Positions 56,700 to 64,000 of a stretch of DNA of 64,000 nucleotides are shown in pieces. The notes beneath the pieces are model-generated. The model saw only the letters and a list, made by a program, of their open reading frames with translations, was not told where the DNA came from and ran no database searches. Source of the DNA: Eledone cirrhosa (taxonomy: Eukaryota); contig OZ024746.1 in assembly GCA_964016885.1 (NCBI GenBank), positions 27,900,001 through 27,964,000 of the forward strand. Direction: 5' to 3'. Numbering within the stretch: the stretch's first letter is position 1; each line of letters opens with the position of its first letter. The translations under genes were made by a program, and so were the position numbers.

Positions 56700-56795
56700 C
56701 TCGCTACAAATGTCAGTCTCTGTTAGTCGCCGTAGATGGTGTAACGCGAGACGCGGGTGGAATATGCGCCGAAATAGCCAGTTCAGCAACGGCAT
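56700..56795 (-). other. Candidate 96-nt exon
   Basis: CpG-rich island bounded on the minus strand by AAACAG| and GAG|GTATGT; phase 0 is open (MPLLNWLFRRIFHPRLALHHLRRLTETDICSE). Confidence 0.35.
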
Positions 56796-57858
56796 CTGTT
56801 TATCGATAAATATACAATACTGGGAAAAGTTATATACTCTTAAAACGAATACTAGCCAGTAACAAACCGAAGACAGGTTTACCTACAATAAAGAGCTCGG
56901 TATACAGTCAATAATTAGGTGTTTTGCCTAACCACGGTCAGTTGTGTATTGAAAAGGCACATTATTATACGCTAGTTAGAATTATATAGTCAGACAAAAA
57001 GGGGAAATATAGAAGAAGTAAACTCCAACTGAACATTTCAGTGGTGTTGAATGCACAAGATGGTGAAGGTATTGCTGCGAGAACAGCCAGTGATAGCTGC
57101 TGTATTAGTTCAGAAATAACAGGTCATTATTAGATTTAAAAAAGGATGACTATCATTGATAAGTGAATGCGGCGGCTCCCCCCCCCCCCCCCCCCTCTTA
57201 TTTTAGAACGAATAGAAAAGTAAAAAAAAATTGAAAACAATTTTATGCTGACAAATTTTATTATCTCAGTATATAAGTGTGAAAAAAGAAATTGATAAAC
57301 TAAATCAGGAAATATGAGATGTGGAATAGTAAAATAACTTCCTCAAAAACAATGTATTTTTTATACAGTAAAAGATTACTATTAAATGTTGACCGTTAAA
57401 CAATGTTTCCCATTGAAGGGAAAAGTCATTAATAAGGAGAAAGAAGAGGCAAAGTGATTCAAATAATAAAACAACCCTTTCAACACCATATGTTCAAAAC
57501 TGCATGGGGAGAGGGAGCTTTTATCATTACTAAGTACATTTTATTTCATTTAAATCAAGATGTGAGGGGCTTAAAGTAAAACGATATCACAATTCTGAGA
57601 TTGCCGTAACAAAGGTGAAGATGGAACTCAAAACTACAAACTTAAGAGTTTAAGAAATACAAGATTAATTCTGAATTAGAAACAGGATTAGTTCGTTAGT
57701 AAAGTTTGTCTGAAATCTGTGTGCTTCATGTAAGGTATCTGCGTGTGTGTTCTAGTAAGTCTGTTTTATTAATAATTAACAGTTTTTAAAACTTTTAGAA
57801 GTTTTTCAATATATACCGTCCGTTGCCATTTACAGTTTTGCCGCTAACTGATATAGCC

Positions 57859-59847
57859 TCATTTATATGTTCCAGAGATAGCACAGGAAGCCGATTTCTC
57901 AGACTTGGTATTGGTGGTGTCAATAGCTTTCTCTTTCACAGACTTGCTACTGTCGGATTCTTCTACAGATTTAACACTGTCGTTACTGGTGGCCTCCTCC
58001 ACAGATTTAGCACTTTCGTTACTGGTGGCTTCCTCCACAGATTTAACAATGTCTTTAATGGTGGCCTCCTCCACAGATTTAGCACTGTCCTTACTGGTGG
58101 CTTCCTTCACAGATTTAACACTGTCCTTACTGGTGGCTTCCTCCACAGATTTAGCACCGTCTTTAATGGTGGCTTCCTCCACAGATTTAGCACTGTCTTT
58201 AATGGTGGCTTCCTCCACAGATTTAGCACTGTCTTTAATGGTGGCTTCCTCCACAGATTTAGCACCGTCTTTAATGGTGGCTTCCTCCACAGATTTAGCA
58301 CTGTCCTTACTGGTGGCCTCCTCCACAGATTTAGCACTGTCCTTACTGGTGGCCTCCTCCACAGATTTAACAATGTCGTTACTGGCAGTCTCTTCCACAG
58401 ATTTAACACTGTCGTTACTGGCAGTCTCTTCCACAGATTTAACACTGTCGTTACTGGCAGTCTCTTCCACAGATTTAACACTGTCGTTACTGGCAGTCTC
58501 TTCCACAGATTTAACACTGTCGTTACTGGCAGTCTCTTCCACAGATTTAACACTGTCGTTACTGGCAGTCTCTTCCACAGATTTAACACTGTCGTTACTG
58601 GCAGTCTCTTCCACAGATTTAACACTGTCGTTACTGGCAGTCTCTTCCACAGATTTAACACTGTCGCTGCTGGCAGTCACTTCCACAGATTTAACACTGT
58701 CGCTGCTGGCAGTCTCTTCCACAGATTTAACACTGTCGCTGCTGGCAGTCTCTTCCACAGATTTAACACTGTCGTTACTGGCAGTCTCTTCCACATATTT
58801 AACACTGTCGCTGCTGGCAGGCTCTTCCACAGATTTAACACTGTCGCTGCTGGCAGTCACTTCCACAGATTTAACACTGTCGCTGCTGGCAGTCTCTTCC
58901 ACAGATTTAACACTGTCGTTACCGGCAACCTCTTCCACAGATTTAACAATGTCGCTGCTGGTGGCTTCTTCCACAGATTTAACACTGTCGCTGTTGGCAG
59001 TCTCTTCCACACACACGGGACTCTCTTCCTCAGACATGTGTCTATCGCTAGTGTTCGTCTGCTCTTCCACAGATTTAGCACCGGTGCTGGCTGTCGTATT
59101 TTCCACAGTCACGGTACTGTCACTTTCGGTTTTATCTGACTTGGCACCGTCACCGGCATCCTCTGTCGTCTCATTCCACGATTTAACTATTGCTTTTAAA
59201 GACTTCACTTCTCCAGCAGATGTTAAACCTGCAGTTATTTCTCCAGATTTAGTTACTTCTGCTGTAGCAATACCTTTAACTAAGTTTTCTGGCGTTACCG
59301 TGTCCGAGTTCTCTGTTACACTGTCTTCCATAGTAGAAACGGGTTTTAACAGTGAATCTTCACCGGTACCGGATGAGGTTGTTTCACCTTCTAGATCCTT
59401 CGAAGTATTCTCAACAGGAGAACCGTCTTTATTCTCAGATTTATTTATTTCACATTCCTCTATACTGTGGTTTTCCGTAGTTATCACTATTGATATTTTA
59501 GATTCTGGCATCGCTGCATTCGATTCAGTACACTCTTCACTTTCAAATCTCGTTACAGTATTTGGCTTAAGAACAGTTATACCGGCAGGATTAGATGTGT
59601 TACCATCGGTTTTTGAAATTACATCTGTTGGTGTGCTTTCATCTGTTGCTTGGCCACCTTGCTTATTATCATTTGGAGGAAGGTGTTCATTTCCATTATC
59701 CATTTTAACTTTTTTAGCAAGCGGTTCGTTTACAATTTCAACAGAAGATGGCTCTTTACACTTAAAGTCGTCAGGTACAACACGTTTTAGCTGTATCGTT
59801 ACACCTTTCTGATATTCAACTGCTGTTGTAGTACTGTCTTCGTCCAT
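57859..59847 (-). CDS. Acidic Ser/Thr/Glu-rich, probably disordered protein with about 29 12-aa repeats (SVKSVEETASND)
   Basis: 2-kb ORF, about half of it non-repetitive; Met at 59847 in ATTATGG context, 23 nt after a possible acceptor CTGTAG (59871-59876); NLS-like PLAKKVK; AATAAA on the minus strand at 57765-57770; the ORF track extends it to 59916. Confidence 0.7.
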   Translation of the reverse strand: MDEDSTTTAVEYQKGVTIQLKRVVPDDFKCKEPSSVEIVNEPLAKKVKMDNGNEHLPPNDNKQGGQATDESTPTDVISKTDGNTSNPAGITVLKPNTVTRFESEECTESNAAMPESKISIVITTENHSIEECEINKSENKDGSPVENTSKDLEGETTSSGTGEDSLLKPVSTMEDSVTENSDTVTPENLVKGIATAEVTKSGEITAGLTSAGEVKSLKAIVKSWNETTEDAGDGAKSDKTESDSTVTVENTTASTGAKSVEEQTNTSDRHMSEEESPVCVEETANSDSVKSVEEATSSDIVKSVEEVAGNDSVKSVEETASSDSVKSVEVTASSDSVKSVEEPASSDSVKYVEETASNDSVKSVEETASSDSVKSVEETASSDSVKSVEVTASSDSVKSVEETASNDSVKSVEETASNDSVKSVEETASNDSVKSVEETASNDSVKSVEETASNDSVKSVEETASNDSVKSVEETASNDSVKSVEETASNDIVKSVEEATSKDSAKSVEEATSKDSAKSVEEATIKDGAKSVEEATIKDSAKSVEEATIKDSAKSVEEATIKDGAKSVEEATSKDSVKSVKEATSKDSAKSVEEATIKDIVKSVEEATSNESAKSVEEATSNDSVKSVEESDSSKSVKEKAIDTTNTKSEKSASCAISGTYK
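57961..59010. repeat. 36-bp coding minisatellite, about 29 copies
   Basis: Unit CCACAGATTTAACACTGTCGTTACTGGCAGTCTCTT; in-frame variants arranged in blocks. Confidence 0.95.
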
Positions 59848-60643
59848 AATAAAATTACTACCACTTCCCTCTACAGATATAGTAGACCAAATAATACCAG
59901 TCCAATACAATTTCATGTTTTAACTATTACTCACACCACTACTTGCACGTAAAAATCATGCCTTCTTCGCTTTGAATTTCTGATCATGTGATGTGAATTA
60001 AATATGGAATTAAATTAAACGCCTTGGTATCTGCTCCGGGACTCTGCATTCTGAGGTCAAATCCCGCCGAGGCCAACTTTGATGTTCCGTCCTTGAAATA
60101 AAGTAGCAGTGAAGAACTCGTGTTGATTTAGCACCCCCCACACACACACACACTCACCAACAACAAATTATTGGTCTTGTACCCTAAATAGAAATTATTA
60201 TTTTACAGCGTGTGTTTCTCATAAATTAGAAATGTTTTCTATAGAACCAGTACAAAACACATTGTTTTAGGTACGAGGTAAGTAAATGAAATCTACAGGA
60301 CTGCAACTGTTTCATTCTAAAGAAATCCCCGGGAAAGCCCTTGATGACCCCTTTTGAATGAAACAATTCTAGTCCTGTAGAAGCCATTTCTATATTGAAC
60401 TAATTTATTGAGTAAGTTGCTTACTGTGGTTACCCCCGATTGAACGTGGAGCACACACACAAACACACACACACACACACACACACATATGTGTGTGTAT
60501 GTGTGTGTTTGTGTGTATTCCTTGATTGTAGATAATTTGAATTGATTTTGCTTATGGACAAAGTATTCAGCAAGGGTTATGTCCTACATTTAAACAACCA
60601 TCGGAAGATGAGATCCTAGCAACCCCTTATGGCACATTCGACA

Positions 60644-60685
<42 letters not shown>

Positions 60686-60719
60686 GTATGTATAATGGTG
60701 TTTTAAACAAATATATAAG

Positions 60720-60787
<68 letters not shown>

Positions 60788-60968
60788 GTAGCTATGCTTA
60801 TCTTGTACAGTAATGTAGAAAATTAGAGTATGAGCAAATCAAGAAAAAAACAGCACACATTATTATCGCAGATAACCTCTTGTCTTTCGTTTTAGTTTTC
60901 CGAGAAAACCAATTACGATTTCCTATGAGCGACTTAATGATATTTGGCAATATACACATTTACATACA

Positions 60969-61096
<128 letters not shown>

Positions 61097-61532
61097 TATA
61101 CACATACATATGGAAACACATGTTTCGCTTGCTTATCTCTATTAACGACCTACTACTTAACATAAACACCTCTATAACCTCTTAACTATATCTATAATGT
61201 ACCAAAAAAATATATAAAAAAGATGATTATTGCATTATATGTAGGTTAGTTTGGCTGGTCATTGAGCAAATAAGTCAAACATGTGTACGATGGTATGGGG
61301 AGGGGCGAAGGGGAAAACGAGGATGGGAGAAAATAATTGTGCTTTTAAATCAGAGAACCGAATATGGCTGAACTATATATAGGTATATTTATATCTGTGT
61401 GTATATATGTTTATATAGGTGTATATAGATGTTGATATATATATATATATGTATACATATATATGCATATATATGTTGATGTGTGTTTATATACATATAT
61501 ATGTTTATATATATATATATATATATATGTAT

Positions 61533-63095
61533 TTCCTTTCTGAATTTGTTTAACAAGATTCTTTATCTGAAAACGTGTGTTGAAACCGATACTTTTATAC
61601 TTTGGGAGGGTCATGTTGCCAATAAGAAACACACGCACCAAATGCTTTTACTCCAATTTATTATAAATAAAATTTATAAATTTATAAATTTCCGGTTGGT
61701 TGGTTCCACAACCGGACGGTTGTTCATATAGTGTCAAAGTTCTTTCGTCACACATTCTGTGACCTCATCAGTGACTGGGGATTCTTTTCTTTGTTTTGTG
61801 CCTCTCCTTTGTTCTGTCCTACGCCATCTTGTTTTTGTGTGTGTTGTGTGCTTAGTTTGCGCATGTGTTACATCCGGGTGTCTGTGTGTGTTTTTATTTG
61901 TTTATTTATTTGTTTATTTACACGTTACTGGTTGGTTGTTTTGTCCTTAATCGTAACTTGTGATGTTGCTATTCCATTCATGTTTTCTATTTAATTTTGG
62001 TTGGAGGTCACAGAATGTGTGACGAAAGAACTTTGACAATATATGAACAACCGTCCGATTGTGGAACCAACCAACCGGAAATTTATAAATTTATAAATTT
62101 AATTTATAATAAACTAGCAGTAAAGCCCGGCGTTGCTCGGGGTCGCTCAGTAGCTGTGTTAAAGTTACAATGTTAAGTTTCTTTCTTGGCTTAAAAACTG
62201 TAGTGTCTACTGTGCAGACTTGCATGTGGTGTTTTTGATTAATATTCCCTCAACCAACAATATGCCTTATGAAGTTAAGAAAACATAACGATAACCCGAA
62301 TGTTATAACAAAAGAGGATGCTGGGGATAGAAACTGCACTGGTTATTTATTAACAAAGATCGAAAATGTAAACACTGCAACGCAGAGAAAAACATTAGCG
62401 TAACCAAATTATCAGTTATGTCTGTCTGCACGCCTATATCACCTCTCTGCACGACTGTCTGTCTGCACGCCTATATCACCTCTCTGCACGACTATCTGTC
62501 TGCACGCCTATATCACCTCTCTGCACGACTGTCTGTCTGCACGCCTATATCACCTCTCTGCACGACTATCTGTCTGCACGCGTATATCACCTCTCTGCAC
62601 GACTGTCTGTCTGCACGCCTAACGACGAAATATTTGCTTGTTTTACGTAGTCTTTAAATAGACTTGTTTTCAAGTAAAAATATTGTTTTAAAATGCTTTT
62701 AAATGGAAATGAAGCAAAACGGAAGCTTCGTGTATTGTGTTAATGTCATTTTAAACACTGAGAAAGCCAGCGTAATTTTTTACGTAAGACGCTCAATGTA
62801 AACAGAACAAAGGGAAATAACTGATAACTTACGCTAAAAAATCGATACATTATATTCGATTTCGTCAGATAGGGCGGGTCAATTTGAAATATTTTTTTCC
62901 GATGTCTTCGCTAGGGCTCAATGTACAAGTATAGCAATTTCGGTGCAATTCCGTGAGAGATTCTAAGAGGAGATGTGTGCCAAAAATCGATAGACAGACA
63001 GACAACCACAGTTTTATATATATATATATTGGAGTGAAAGCAACTGGTGCGTGTGTTTCTTATTGGCAACATGACCCTCCCAAAGTATAACAATA
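61533..63095 (-). mobile_element. Family A element, copy 3 (longest; inverted arm split by a Helitron)
   Basis: Tail 61533-61590, body to 62003, inverted arm 62005-62113 resuming at 63029-63095; hammerhead GTCA-CTGATGA-G-GTCAC..GTGAC-GAAA-G-AA-C-TT-TGAC at 61775-61733; ORF end QPKLNRKHEWNSNITSYD* at 62003-61947. Confidence 0.8.
62114..63028 (-). mobile_element. Non-autonomous Helitron with an internal 37-bp minisatellite
   Basis: Minus-strand 3' end is hairpin CCCGAGCAACGCCGGG, 8 nt, then CTAG|T; (CTGT)n near the 5' end; no TSD; minisatellite at 62419-62620 (about 5.5 copies). Confidence 0.75.
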
Positions 63096-63153
63096 TATAT
63101 ATGTACATATACATATATATATTTTCTTTTCTCTCTCTCTCTCTATATATATA

Positions 63154-63236
<83 letters not shown>

Positions 63237-63302
63237 ATATATATATATATAAACATATATATGTATATAAACACACATCAACATATATATGCATATATAT
63301 AA

Positions 63303-63660
<358 letters not shown>

Positions 63661-64000
63661 ATGTATATATATATATTAAGTATAAACCGAAGTTTAAGCT
63701 GTCGCACAGCAAGTACTATTTGATTTGTTTGAGGCAATCACAAAGCATTCAATGGAGCGAAAGTTAAAAAAACATTAAGTCCAGAGTAAACACACCAGTT
63801 AGAAAGGGGTGACACCAAGAAAAGCGACCAAAGGCACTGGGCATACTTATATCGCGACGATATATATATATATATATATATATATGAAAACATGGCGTGC
63901 TGCGTGGTTGCAAATGGGTTACATATGAATAAATTTAGTCCTTCATCAGTGATCTTCCAGCCTTCATTGGTATTTCATCGCTTTAAAGACCATATACCTC

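Noticed and set aside
57961-59010. 36-bp repeat array resembling CRISPR in unit size
   Set aside because: Units are contiguous with no unique spacers, lie in frame in an ORF, and the DNA is eukaryotic
57823-59812. Long antisense ORFs (438 aa and 635 aa) overlapping the repeat protein
   Set aside because: Explained by the stop-free 36-bp repeat and by the scarcity of Tyr/His/Gln codons in the sense frame, which are needed to create stops in the 635-aa frame; no independent evidence
63900-64000. Minus-strand GIWSLKR*NTNEGWKI resembling part of a PLE GIY-YIG domain
   Set aside because: Short, interrupted by a stop and cut by the window edge; needs the adjacent sequence

Overview
AT-rich animal (eukaryotic) DNA, saturated with (TA)n/(CA)n/(GA)n microsatellites and retroelement debris. 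The SINE types and composition suggest an octopus-like cephalopod genome (inference). Almost all ORFs in the track are microsatellite noise. One long ORF looks like a real gene: 57859-59847/59916 on the minus strand, encoding an acidic Ser/Thr/Glu-rich protein with about 29 12-aa repeats. The window also holds a young tRNA-derived SINE family with clean TSDs, older CORE-type SINEs, L1/Tx1, RTE, CR1-like and R4/Dong-like LINE remnants, a Helitron and small MITEs. The main unexplained structure is a swarm of more than a dozen short, mutually unrelated elements inserted in (TA)n tracts. They share one geometry: an inverted (foldback) copy of their own 3' part plus an unduplicated tail, sometimes with a partial-tandem, circularly permuted unit. 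Most carry complete or half type I hammerhead ribozymes, several with non-canonical cores, and many share an ATYGAGY motif near the 3' end. This fits Penelope-like (PLE) pseudo-LTRs and retrozyme-like non-autonomous derivatives. One element with the same geometry carries a tRNA-like cloverleaf instead of a hammerhead. All folds and alignments were done by eye and need computational confirmation.
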